A stretch of 64,000 nucleotides of DNA from sequence record SRR20825019_235; one strand, given 5' to 3'. Below are positions 29,050-38,101 of the stretch, in pieces (the stretch's first letter is position 1; each line of letters begins with the position of its first letter). The notes beneath the pieces were generated by a model. It was given only the letters and a program-made list of their open reading frames with translations, searched no databases and was not told the origin of the DNA. Made by a program: the position numbers and the translations under genes.

Positions 29050-29921
29050 ATTGGAGAAAACAAGCGAGTTTCATCAAAATAGTTTTCATTGAGTTTTTCA
29101 AAGAGAAATCAGTGATGCATGGTGCTGCGTTAGCATATTATGCGATCTTGGCGCTGGTTCCATTGCTTTACTTGAGTATTACATTTTTTGGAAGGTTTGT
29201 TGGACAAAATACAATGGTCGATATAATTAGCTCTATTCTTACAAATCAAGTGGGGATAACCGATGTTGAAGGGATGCTCGGATTTTTAAAGACGGTTGAT
29301 TTAAGTAAAGGAAATCCTTGGTTGGAACTAGTTGGATTTTTAGCCTTGCTGTTTTCAAGTACGGCAATTTTAACTTCGCTGAAAAGGAGTTTGAATGAAT
29401 TCTATGATATTGATGAACAAGTGAAGCTGGGGACAAGAAAGAAAATTGTCCGTGGTCTAGTTTTTCGATTGATCTCAATGTTGTTCATTCTCGGTGTTAC
29501 GGTTCTAATTATCGTTCTTTACTTCGCTGAAACTATATTTCTCTCCGTAAGTCATAAATGGCTTGCGAGCTACGGATCAGTAGATTGGTTTGTTTCCTCA
29601 TTGGCAAGCTACGGAATTCCAATTTTAATGAACGCAATCGTCTTTTCCTTTGTGTTTAAGTACCTCCACGATGGAAAAGTTAAGTGGAAAATGGCAATTC
29701 AAGGGGCATTATTTACGAGTTCCTTGCTCTATATTGGTCAACTTTTACTTAAATTTTATCTCACAAATTATTTTTTCGCAGCAAATGGCGGAGTAGCTGG
29801 AACGCTATTAATTATTCTCGTTTGGGTGTATTATTCTTCACAAATTATCTTTTTAGGAGCTAAGTACATTACTGTTAAATCAAGGATTAAAGGATTTCCA
29901 ATTCAAGTTTTGATTAAATAA
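29046..29921 (+). CDS. YihY/virulence factor BrkB family membrane protein
   Basis: AALAYYAILALVPLL, LVWVYYSSQIIFLGA. Confidence 0.9.
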   Translation: MNWRKQASFIKIVFIEFFKEKSVMHGAALAYYAILALVPLLYLSITFFGRFVGQNTMVDIISSILTNQVGITDVEGMLGFLKTVDLSKGNPWLELVGFLALLFSSTAILTSLKRSLNEFYDIDEQVKLGTRKKIVRGLVFRLISMLFILGVTVLIIVLYFAETIFLSVSHKWLASYGSVDWFVSSLASYGIPILMNAIVFSFVFKYLHDGKVKWKMAIQGALFTSSLLYIGQLLLKFYLTNYFFAANGGVAGTLLIILVWVYYSSQIIFLGAKYITVKSRIKGFPIQVLIK

Positions 29922-29980
29922 TTATCAAATAATGGTTATTATGCTGGAATTATTTTTATCTTTCGGTATAATTTAACACC

Positions 29981-30781
29981 ATGGGAATCGGAAATAATTT
30001 AAAACTGTTAAGAAAAAGATCGAAAAAATCGCAAGAAGAAGTGGCTAACGATCTCGGATTAACTAGGAGTTCATATTCTGGATATGAGAATAATGTGGCT
30101 CAACCAAGCTTGGACAATCTTATTGCGTTTAGTGATTATTTTAAGGTTTCTATTGATTCAATGGCGCGACAGGATTTTGAAACGTACAGTGAAAGCGATT
30201 GGAATGGAGTCACAAATGGACTTCAGGTAGATGTTAAAGGTCAGAAGCTAAGGGTTCTTTCGTCTATGGTTAATTCAGAGAATGAAGATCTAATTGAATT
30301 AATTCCGCTTAAAGCGAGTGCAGGCTATACTTCTGGTTACGCAGATCCCGATTATTTAAAAGTGTTACCAACATTTCACCTTCCGTTCTTGTCGAAAGAT
30401 AGAAAGTACAGATCTTTTCCAATTCAAGGAGATTCTATGCCGCCTGTTGTTGAAGGTTCTTTTGTTGTCGCGGAATTTGTTCAGAATTGGATGTCAATTC
30501 GAAGCGGAACTCCGTGTATCGTAGTTACAAAAGATGAAGGAATTGTCTTCAAAGTTGTTCACAACCTGTTGAGCTCGGAGCAAGGTTTTCAATTGTGTTC
30601 AACGAATCCATTCTATCAACCTTACATCGTTCACGCAAACAGCATTTTGGAAATTTGGAAGTTCGTGAATTACATTTCACCAGAATTACCAGAAATTAGA
30701 CTCGATGATAACGATCTCTCCAAAACAATTAAGGAGTTACAAAGAGAGGTTCAGGAAATGAAATCGATGATGAAGAATTAG
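29981..30781 (+). CDS. XRE HTH + S24 peptidase LexA-like repressor
   Basis: SQEEVANDLGLTRSSYSGYE HTH; KASAGY (Ala-Gly site), GDSMPP (Ser), VFK (Lys). Confidence 0.9.
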   Translation: MGIGNNLKLLRKRSKKSQEEVANDLGLTRSSYSGYENNVAQPSLDNLIAFSDYFKVSIDSMARQDFETYSESDWNGVTNGLQVDVKGQKLRVLSSMVNSENEDLIELIPLKASAGYTSGYADPDYLKVLPTFHLPFLSKDRKYRSFPIQGDSMPPVVEGSFVVAEFVQNWMSIRSGTPCIVVTKDEGIVFKVVHNLLSSEQGFQLCSTNPFYQPYIVHANSILEIWKFVNYISPELPEIRLDDNDLSKTIKELQREVQEMKSMMKN

Positions 30782-32655
30782 GAGGCGTAGTAAACGCGAT
30801 CTTTGGAATAAATGGTTTCTTCTAGCATTAACTTTCGAAGTACTTTATCAATTAATTCAGGTTTGACTTGAAGTAAATGAACAAGTTGATTTCTATTTTT
30901 TGGCAATAGAGTAGGTATGATTTCCAGTAACTCCTTCTCCGTGTGATTACTTGCTAGATTATGCTTACAATTGTCGCAAATTCCACAGGGTTCGATCTCT
31001 GAATCAAAATAATGAGAAATGTAAGCCGCTCTGCATTCCTCAGTCGTTAAGAAGTTTGACAATGCCGCTAGTTTGGAAGTCTCGTTTTCTTTTCGTCCCA
31101 AATAAACATCATGAGAAAGTTTTAATCGATCTTCTGGTAATCGCTGTTCAAGAAGCGTTAATTGAGGTAAATCCGATTTAAAAGTAATGTCGACAACTCC
31201 GTATTCCTCTAAAAAAAGCAATTGTCGCTTTAGTTCTTGAGTCGTAATAGATAATCGTTTAGACAATTCGGGCTCATAAATCACCATAAAACGCTCAAAA
31301 ATGCCAGGATAGCTGCGAGTGAGGGCTGAAATTAGATCCGTTACTTTATCATGTGTAACTTGAAATTTATACAAAGCAGAATTTCCTATAGCGAATTTGA
31401 CGCGTGTCGGAATAAATGCACCTTCTGAAAAAGATAGTGTACCGTTAACTTCTAATAGTTTCAAGGCATGAAAAACTTCTCCCGCGGGTATTGAAAACAA
31501 ACTAGTGAATTTTCTTAAATCAAATTCAAAGGTTTCATTCAATCCAGATTCGTATGCAATGCTTAAAAAATTACATACGCCTGAATAAATTTGCTTAACT
31601 CGTTCTATTGGCGGATATTTTTGCTCCAAAGCTTTTTCTTTTGCCAGAAGATCTCCATCTTCCCAATAAGCAATGGCTTGAGCATTTGCTCCATCTCTTC
31701 CTGCTCGCCCAGCTTCTTGATAATACGCCTCCAGATTATCTGAAATTTCATAGTGAAGAACATAGCGAACATCAGGTTTGTCGATTCCCATTCCGAAGGC
31801 ATTCGTTGCGACCATCACATGAATCTGATTACTCATCCACAGTCTTTGCATGTACTTGCGATCTTCTCCCGTCATACCACCGTGATAAATTCCCGCGGAA
31901 ATTTTATGCGCTCGAAGCTGTTTTGCTACTTCCTTTACACTCCGCCTTGTTTGGCAGTACACAATGCCCGTTTGACTGACATTATTTTTGCAAAAATCGA
32001 TCACAGATTGAAGTTTATTCTCTGAGGCAATCGCACGATATGACAAATTTTCTCTCTTTAACTCACCCAAAAATAACGATGGCTTTCGAAGCTCTAATTG
32101 GGTTAAAATATCTTGCTTCACGCGTTCAGTTGCGGAAGCAGTGAAAGCTACCAACGGCACGTCAGGCTGATAGGTGCGTAGTTCAGAGATTTCTCGGTAA
32201 GATGGTCGAAAATCATGACCCCATTCTGAAATACAATGGGCTTCATCAACAACTATTAAACTCACGTTCATCAGCTTGAATCTTTCCAAGAAAATTGGCG
32301 ATTTTAGTCGTTCTGGGCTGACATAAAGAAATTTCATTTCACCGAAACGAGCGTTGTCTAAAGTTATGTCAATTTCTCGATAGTTCATGGAGCTTGTAAT
32401 ATATGCCGCCTTGATTTCTCGCTTGTTAAGTTGTTCAACCTGATCTTGCATGAGTGCGATCAATGGAGAAATAACAATTGTAATTCCATCTAACGCTAAA
32501 CCAGGGACTTGAAAACAAATTGTTTTGCCTCCTCCCGTTGGAAGAATTGCTAAAGTATCGTGCCCATATATGACTGCATCAACAATGTTTTCCTGTAATG
32601 GACGAAAGGAATCGTATCCCCAAAATTGCTTCAATATATCACGACTGCGCTCCAA
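30778..32655 (-). CDS. recQ: ATP-dependent DNA helicase RecQ (Bacteroidota second copy type)
   Basis: PTGGGKT, VDEAHCISEWGHDFRP, YYQEAGRAGRDG, CGICDNC; likely TTG start at 32655, downstream of TAAATTTG (32670-32677). Confidence 0.92.
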   Translation of the reverse strand: MERSRDILKQFWGYDSFRPLQENIVDAVIYGHDTLAILPTGGGKTICFQVPGLALDGITIVISPLIALMQDQVEQLNKREIKAAYITSSMNYREIDITLDNARFGEMKFLYVSPERLKSPIFLERFKLMNVSLIVVDEAHCISEWGHDFRPSYREISELRTYQPDVPLVAFTASATERVKQDILTQLELRKPSLFLGELKRENLSYRAIASENKLQSVIDFCKNNVSQTGIVYCQTRRSVKEVAKQLRAHKISAGIYHGGMTGEDRKYMQRLWMSNQIHVMVATNAFGMGIDKPDVRYVLHYEISDNLEAYYQEAGRAGRDGANAQAIAYWEDGDLLAKEKALEQKYPPIERVKQIYSGVCNFLSIAYESGLNETFEFDLRKFTSLFSIPAGEVFHALKLLEVNGTLSFSEGAFIPTRVKFAIGNSALYKFQVTHDKVTDLISALTRSYPGIFERFMVIYEPELSKRLSITTQELKRQLLFLEEYGVVDITFKSDLPQLTLLEQRLPEDRLKLSHDVYLGRKENETSKLAALSNFLTTEECRAAYISHYFDSEIEPCGICDNCKHNLASNHTEKELLEIIPTLLPKNRNQLVHLLQVKPELIDKVLRKLMLEETIYSKDRVYYAS

Positions 32656-32757
32656 TGCTGATTTTAAGCCAAATTTAACTAAATAATTTGCCCCGCTTCC
32701 GTTGACTAGTTGGAATAATCGCAGATTCTCACTATTTTCGCGCAACAGAAAAAGCTT

Positions 32758-33828
32758 ATGTTACAAGATACACTCTCCATTAAAATAGATAAAGTAGAAA
32801 CTTCTCGAATTGACCAAGTTGATTGGGATAACCTACAATTTGGCAAAGTATTTTCAGACCACATGTTGGTGATGGATTATGCTGATGGGGAATGGAAACA
32901 ACCTGAAATTGTGCCCTTTGCGGCGTTGAATTTACATCCAGCAACTTCGGCGATTCATTACGGTCAATCTATTTTTGAAGGAATGAAAGCGTCTAAGGAT
33001 GATGACGGTAATGTTCTAGTGTTTAGACCTGATCTAAATGCGAAGCGCTTCATTGAGTCGTCTGATAGAATGTGCATGCCAAAATTGGATGAAGAGTTGT
33101 TCGTTGAGTTGATCAAAAGAGTTGTTGATGTCGACCGTGATTGGGTTCCTTCGCGAGATGGATATTCTCTCTATATCCGACCTTACATGTTTGCAACGGA
33201 TGATTTTATCGGAATCAAACCTTCTGAAACATATAAATTCATCATTTTCACATGTCCAGTTGGTGCATATTATTCTGAACCAGTTAAGGTGAAAATAGAA
33301 GAGCATTATACACGTGCCGCTGAAGGTGGAGTTGGAAGAGCGAAAACTGCAGGGAATTATGGCGCATCGCTTTATCCAGCAAAACTTGCTCAAGCTCAGG
33401 GGTATCATCAGTTAATTTGGACCGATGCTCGTGAACATAAGTACATCGAGGAATCTGGAACAATGAATATCCTTTTTGAAATAGATGGTAAATTGATCTC
33501 TCCTTCTGAAGATTCAGATACAATCTTAAGAGGGGTTACGAAAAGATCAGTTCTTGAGGTGGCAAAGAAATGGGGTATCACTGTAGAAGAAAGACAAGTT
33601 TCGGTAGAAGAAGTTGTTAAAGCGGCAAGAGAAGGCCGATTAACGGATGCTTTTGGTGCTGGAACAGCAGCTACAATCGCGCAGGTTTCTATTATTGGTT
33701 ACCGTGATGAAGTATTTGAATTGCCTGCTGTGGAAGATAGATCTTTATCAAATCGAATGAAAGATTATCTAAATGATCTTAAGGCTGGAAGAATTCCTGA
33801 TGAGTTTGGATGGCTTTATAGCTTCTAA
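32758..33828 (+). CDS. ilvE: Branched-chain amino acid aminotransferase
   Basis: FSDHM, HYGQSIFEGMKA, LYIRP, AKTAGNY, EESGTMN, ILRGVT. Confidence 0.96.
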   Translation: MLQDTLSIKIDKVETSRIDQVDWDNLQFGKVFSDHMLVMDYADGEWKQPEIVPFAALNLHPATSAIHYGQSIFEGMKASKDDDGNVLVFRPDLNAKRFIESSDRMCMPKLDEELFVELIKRVVDVDRDWVPSRDGYSLYIRPYMFATDDFIGIKPSETYKFIIFTCPVGAYYSEPVKVKIEEHYTRAAEGGVGRAKTAGNYGASLYPAKLAQAQGYHQLIWTDAREHKYIEESGTMNILFEIDGKLISPSEDSDTILRGVTKRSVLEVAKKWGITVEERQVSVEEVVKAAREGRLTDAFGAGTAATIAQVSIIGYRDEVFELPAVEDRSLSNRMKDYLNDLKAGRIPDEFGWLYSF

Positions 33829-33932
33829 AAGATAGACTTCACTCTTAAATGAACACGTAGCAGCAATTGACATTGGTTCTTAGTTTAATTCACATTTGAT
33901 CTGAATTCGGTAGAAGTGGTTGGTTAATTTTC

Positions 33933-33964
33933 TATATTTGCTTATCTAAAACAATTCTAAATAA
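33933..33964 (+). promoter_or_regulatory. -7 element TATATTTG followed by an imperfect palindrome (possible repressor site)
   Basis: TTATCTAAAAC-A-ATTCTAAATAA (33942-33964), 8/11 symmetric. Confidence 0.45.
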
Positions 33965-34644
33965 TGAGGTTAATTTTGGCAGATAGCAATGAACTAATTC
34001 GACTAGGAATTCGTTCTGTACTCAGCAAGCAAACTGACCTCGAAATAGTTGGTGAAGCCAAAAACAGCAAAGAATTATTAGAGATCATGAAATCGTTCGA
34101 ATCGGATGTGGTTCTAATAGATTATACTTCTCCAGGGTTTACAATTGATGTCGTTTCTCAAGTGTCTAGTTTAAACGCAAAGGTCAATATTTTGGCCATT
34201 ACTCCAGAACAATCGGCACAAACGCTAGTAGACGCCCTTCGCTCAGGAGTAACTAGTTATGTGAAAAAAGATTGTTCCTTAACGGAAATTGTAGATGCGG
34301 TTAAAGAAACGGGAAGAGGAAAGAAATTTTTCTGTGGACAAATTCTTGAAACTATCCAAGCGGCCAATTTAGATGTTCACGACATCGACTTTGATTCATT
34401 TACATGTGAGCCTGTCGTTCTTTCAGAGCGCGAATCTGAAATTATCGTTCTTATTTCGGAAGGATATACAAATGGTCAAATTGCAGAAAACTTATTTTTA
34501 AGTAACCATACCATTAACACGCATAGAAAAAACATTATGGCGAAGCTCGGAGTTAAGAATACCGCTGGAATCGTTATGTATGCAGTGAAAATGAATCTTA
34601 TTTCGCCGAATAAATTTCTTTTTGCCGGGTCTCAGTCAAATTAA
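33964..34644 (+). CDS. NarL/LuxR-family response regulator
   Basis: REC domain (ILADS, VLID) and HTH LSERESEII...IAENLFLSNHTINTHRKNIMAKLGV. Confidence 0.92.
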   Translation: MRLILADSNELIRLGIRSVLSKQTDLEIVGEAKNSKELLEIMKSFESDVVLIDYTSPGFTIDVVSQVSSLNAKVNILAITPEQSAQTLVDALRSGVTSYVKKDCSLTEIVDAVKETGRGKKFFCGQILETIQAANLDVHDIDFDSFTCEPVVLSERESEIIVLISEGYTNGQIAENLFLSNHTINTHRKNIMAKLGVKNTAGIVMYAVKMNLISPNKFLFAGSQSN

Positions 34645-34726
34645 AATAGGACTTTCCTTCATATTTTCTTACGTTTAATTGAACCTTTCTTACAAAGGGG
34701 TGTACATGTTCTCAAATGACTTAAGT

Positions 34727-36013
34727 ATGCGAAGTATTTTTTGCACAATAATTTTCTTTTCTATGTTCCAAGTTTTGGGGCAGAACAATGGCACGGTAAC
34801 GAATTCTAACAATTCCAATGTGTTTAATGCTCCTGCATCAGAGGAAAAAGAAGAGATTCTTCAGGAAGATCAAGATTCCACAACATTTGATATTAAAGAA
34901 TCGGAACAATTAAAAGACCTCGATAGAAAGTCTAAAAAGGAGATTAAATCGAGTGTGGTAAAATCTGAGATAGAAGCACCAGCGAAAAGTAGTGAAGATT
35001 TTAAGGGCTATGGAGAACCAGTTCCGTCTCAGGAAACTGCACAACCTCCTCAAGCAACGCAGGAGTATCAGGTGAATTCATCGAGCTTTCAACTTTCGAA
35101 AAAGATGTCCTCAACGCAACGGACTCAGCGTTCTCCATCCATTGAGCAACAAAGAGAAATGAACGATGCGGTGGGTTATTTTGAAACAAATGCTCCGAAT
35201 TCGTTCGAACATCATTATTTTAAATATGTTTCTGGAAATTACGATGTCTCGCTAGTTGAGCATTTGCAAAGTGCTGAGTCACTTAGACCGAATAACTCGG
35301 ATGTGCAAATACAGAAGGCCGCGTATCATATCATTATGAATGAACCGTTGAAAGCGCTTCTTTACATCCAAAAATTGAAATCTTCTCAACGTTTGTCTCA
35401 AAGTGTGATCGATTATTCAAGCGATATTGTGCGCTCTACACCAGAAAATGGAACATTGATTACGCACGGTTTTGATGATACGTATGGCGCTTGGACAGCG
35501 CAGAATGAAGCTGGAATTCGAACTGACATCACTCTGGTTTCACTGGATTTCCTCCAAAGCGAGCAGTATCGAAGTAATTTAACTAACGTTGGTTACAAAC
35601 TTCCAAAGGATACTGTGATCAACGTAGATTACCTTGTGGAGTTTTGTGTTCTTAACAGCGACAAGAATCTCAGTATTAGTATGACGACTCCAAAAGAGTA
35701 CTTAATTCCTCTTCAAGAAAAATTATACGTTGCTGGTCTGGTTTTTGAGTATCACACGGAAACTATCGATAATTTCTATAGAAATGAAGCGCTTTGGGAA
35801 AATGAATTGTCCAAAGATGTGATTAACTCAACTTCGGATGAGAAAAGTAGAGAGTTGTCGGCGAATTATTTGCCAATGCTCTTACAATTAAGAAAAGTGT
35901 ACCACCAAACTGGAGAAGGCGAAAAGCTTCAAAAGATTGATGAAATAACGGACAAAGTAGGCGTCCAATGCAGAAAATATGAACAAGTGCAAAAACTGAA
36001 GGGCGCATATTAA
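34727..36013 (+). CDS. Exported hypothetical protein with DUF2723-C-terminal-like segment
   Basis: Signal peptide MRSIF..VLGQ; low-complexity linker; TLITHGFDDTYGAW.AQ...GIRTDITLVSLDFL. Confidence 0.6.
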   Translation: MRSIFCTIIFFSMFQVLGQNNGTVTNSNNSNVFNAPASEEKEEILQEDQDSTTFDIKESEQLKDLDRKSKKEIKSSVVKSEIEAPAKSSEDFKGYGEPVPSQETAQPPQATQEYQVNSSSFQLSKKMSSTQRTQRSPSIEQQREMNDAVGYFETNAPNSFEHHYFKYVSGNYDVSLVEHLQSAESLRPNNSDVQIQKAAYHIIMNEPLKALLYIQKLKSSQRLSQSVIDYSSDIVRSTPENGTLITHGFDDTYGAWTAQNEAGIRTDITLVSLDFLQSEQYRSNLTNVGYKLPKDTVINVDYLVEFCVLNSDKNLSISMTTPKEYLIPLQEKLYVAGLVFEYHTETIDNFYRNEALWENELSKDVINSTSDEKSRELSANYLPMLLQLRKVYHQTGEGEKLQKIDEITDKVGVQCRKYEQVQKLKGAY

Positions 36014-36604
36014 ATGCGATTAATAAAACCTCAATATCGTTCTCTGTCTGATGAAGAACTCATGATTGCCATTCGAAAAGGCGATCAGCGGGCTTTTAAT
36101 GAGATTTATGAAAGGTATTCTGGTCCTTTGTTGGGATACTTTATTCGCATGCTTTGGAAGGATCGCGAGAAGGCAGAAGACTTTGTGCACGACATTTTTG
36201 CCAAGATTATTAAGAAACCAGAATTGTTTGATCCAGAGAGAAAGTTCAAGACGTGGATTTACTCAGTGGCAAACAATATGTGCAAAAATGAATACAAAAA
36301 ACAGGAAGTCAGAAAGAATACCACAAACGGACTAGATGAGTTTTATGCGGTATCGGATGAAAATTCCAATGTGTTTAGCGAAGTGCAAGATGTATTCTTT
36401 CGTTCAGAATTTGAAGGAAGCATGGACGCGCTCGACGAAAAACACAGCGAGGTTTTTAAACTTCGTCACATTGATGGCTTGTCGATAAAAGAAATTGCAG
36501 AAGTATTGGAAATTAGCGATGGAACGGTGAAATCTCGCCTGTTTTATGCAACGAAGTACCTCGCAGAAAGTTTAAAAGAGTTTAATCCTATAATAAATCG
36601 ATAG
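36014..36604 (+). CDS. ECF RNA polymerase sigma factor
   Basis: GDQRAFNEIY.RY, AEDFVHDIF, FKTWIYSVANN, EIAEVLEISDGTVKSRL. Confidence 0.95.
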   Translation: MRLIKPQYRSLSDEELMIAIRKGDQRAFNEIYERYSGPLLGYFIRMLWKDREKAEDFVHDIFAKIIKKPELFDPERKFKTWIYSVANNMCKNEYKKQEVRKNTTNGLDEFYAVSDENSNVFSEVQDVFFRSEFEGSMDALDEKHSEVFKLRHIDGLSIKEIAEVLEISDGTVKSRLFYATKYLAESLKEFNPIINR

Positions 36605-37306
36605 ATGGAACGGGATATTTTTGATAGTGTAAAAGAAAAAGAATTTTCAGCGTTGACTCCAAATGAGCGCGCTGAGTTAGCGGAGATTTGTTCGACTGAA
36701 TTTGAATTCAATCAACTTAAGAGTGTTTTGTCTCAAGTGGATACGATGAGCAGCACGAATCCGCAGCCAAAAAAGGAAACGAAAGCAAAATTGGATGATT
36801 TGTTTGTTCAGACTTATCCAAAAGTAGCTCCAATTTGGTATAATGGACTTTTTGCCATTATGGTTCCAAGAGAAAAACCGCTCTATCGTCAACCATTAGC
36901 GCAAATTGCCGCAGTGGCTTTAATTGCCTTTTTTACAGTTCCTTATTTTTATCAATCGATGCCTCGGGATGCAGTGCAGATGGCAGAAGTGAATACGGAA
37001 GAGAAAATTAAATCAACGGAGTCAAATGAATCTTCGGAGGATGTCAAGAATGAGAATTCTGAAGATTTAGCTATTCCAGAGGTAATTTCAAGAAAGGAAA
37101 AAGGAACTTATTCTTCGAAGAAACCTGTCTTAATTGCTGATGTTACGTCTCCGAGTGCGAAGGTTTCGGCATTCTCTTCAACGGAGGACTTAACAGCTCC
37201 CGGAAGCGATCATCCCGATGGCGTTTTTATGTGGAATGAAGTATCGCTTTCACAACCGGCATCTGAATCCCCAGGAATTTTTGATTTGTTGACTACCTCA
37301 TTTTAA
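36605..37306 (+). CDS. Putative anti-sigma factor (single TM)
   Basis: Abuts the ECF gene; central TM (QIAAVALIAFFTVPYFY); disordered C-terminus. Confidence 0.6.
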   Translation: MERDIFDSVKEKEFSALTPNERAELAEICSTEFEFNQLKSVLSQVDTMSSTNPQPKKETKAKLDDLFVQTYPKVAPIWYNGLFAIMVPREKPLYRQPLAQIAAVALIAFFTVPYFYQSMPRDAVQMAEVNTEEKIKSTESNESSEDVKNENSEDLAIPEVISRKEKGTYSSKKPVLIADVTSPSAKVSAFSSTEDLTAPGSDHPDGVFMWNEVSLSQPASESPGIFDLLTTSF

Positions 37307-38068
37307 GGAAATCTTCAACGTAAATTGCTCTTTTTCCTGTTGATTTCTTCGTGCAATAATGCCTACACGGAATAAATCGATGGTTAAATGATACTCAGAA
37401 TCTTTCACGAGTTGATCCCACGCTTTCTTCATAGACGAACTCCAGCGGATATCATCCAAAATGAAGAGTGTGTCGTTATGTGTAAGCGGTTTGAGTTGCT
37501 CTAGATAGGTCAAGAGTGCCTTTCCATCGTGATGGCCATCAATAAAAACCATATCGAATTTTGGCAAGGTGCTTTCTCTTTTACTCAGATACAGGTCAAA
37601 TGTTGACAATACGCGATCAACAGATGTTGGAAGATGTTCTCCCGCAATTCTATACGTTTCTGGACAGCCTTCTACCGTCGTAATGTTGGATTCCGGCGCT
37701 CCAAGATGTAAGTGCAATGTGCCTAATCCCAATGATGTCCCTAATTCTAATACGTTCTCTGGTTTCGTATAGCGAGCCAATTGATAAAGCAGTCGCCCAT
37801 ATTTACCTCTTGACGAACTTGTTTTTATAATATTCGATATTTTCCTTTTGGTTCCTAATTTTTTGGATCCTACTCCGTGATCTTCTATGGAAATCACTCG
37901 CTGATCGTGCGAGAGTTTACTATACAGCTTACTTATAATGGCTTTTTCTCTTCCAGAAAGTCTGATTTTGAAGCAGTCATCCAACAAATTGTATACAAAA
38001 GGTGAATGAATCCCATGTCTGCCCTTTGCTTTAAGACGATATTTTATATATTCGAGGGCTTGATTCAT
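37298..38068 (-). CDS. Class I SAM-dependent methyltransferase (Methyltransf_24-like)
   Basis: HGIHSPFVY, LELGTSLG, FIDGHH, DDIRWS; start trimmed to MNQAL. Confidence 0.88.
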   Translation of the reverse strand: MNQALEYIKYRLKAKGRHGIHSPFVYNLLDDCFKIRLSGREKAIISKLYSKLSHDQRVISIEDHGVGSKKLGTKRKISNIIKTSSSRGKYGRLLYQLARYTKPENVLELGTSLGLGTLHLHLGAPESNITTVEGCPETYRIAGEHLPTSVDRVLSTFDLYLSKRESTLPKFDMVFIDGHHDGKALLTYLEQLKPLTHNDTLFILDDIRWSSSMKKAWDQLVKDSEYHLTIDLFRVGIIARRNQQEKEQFTLKISLK

Positions 38069-38101
38069 ACCGACCAAAATAAGGAAATCTTTAAGAAATT
38101 C

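Noticed and set aside
29922-29980. Search for a GGA-N5-TCC SOS-type box upstream of the LexA-like gene
   Set aside because: Only GGAATTATTTT is present; no convincing match
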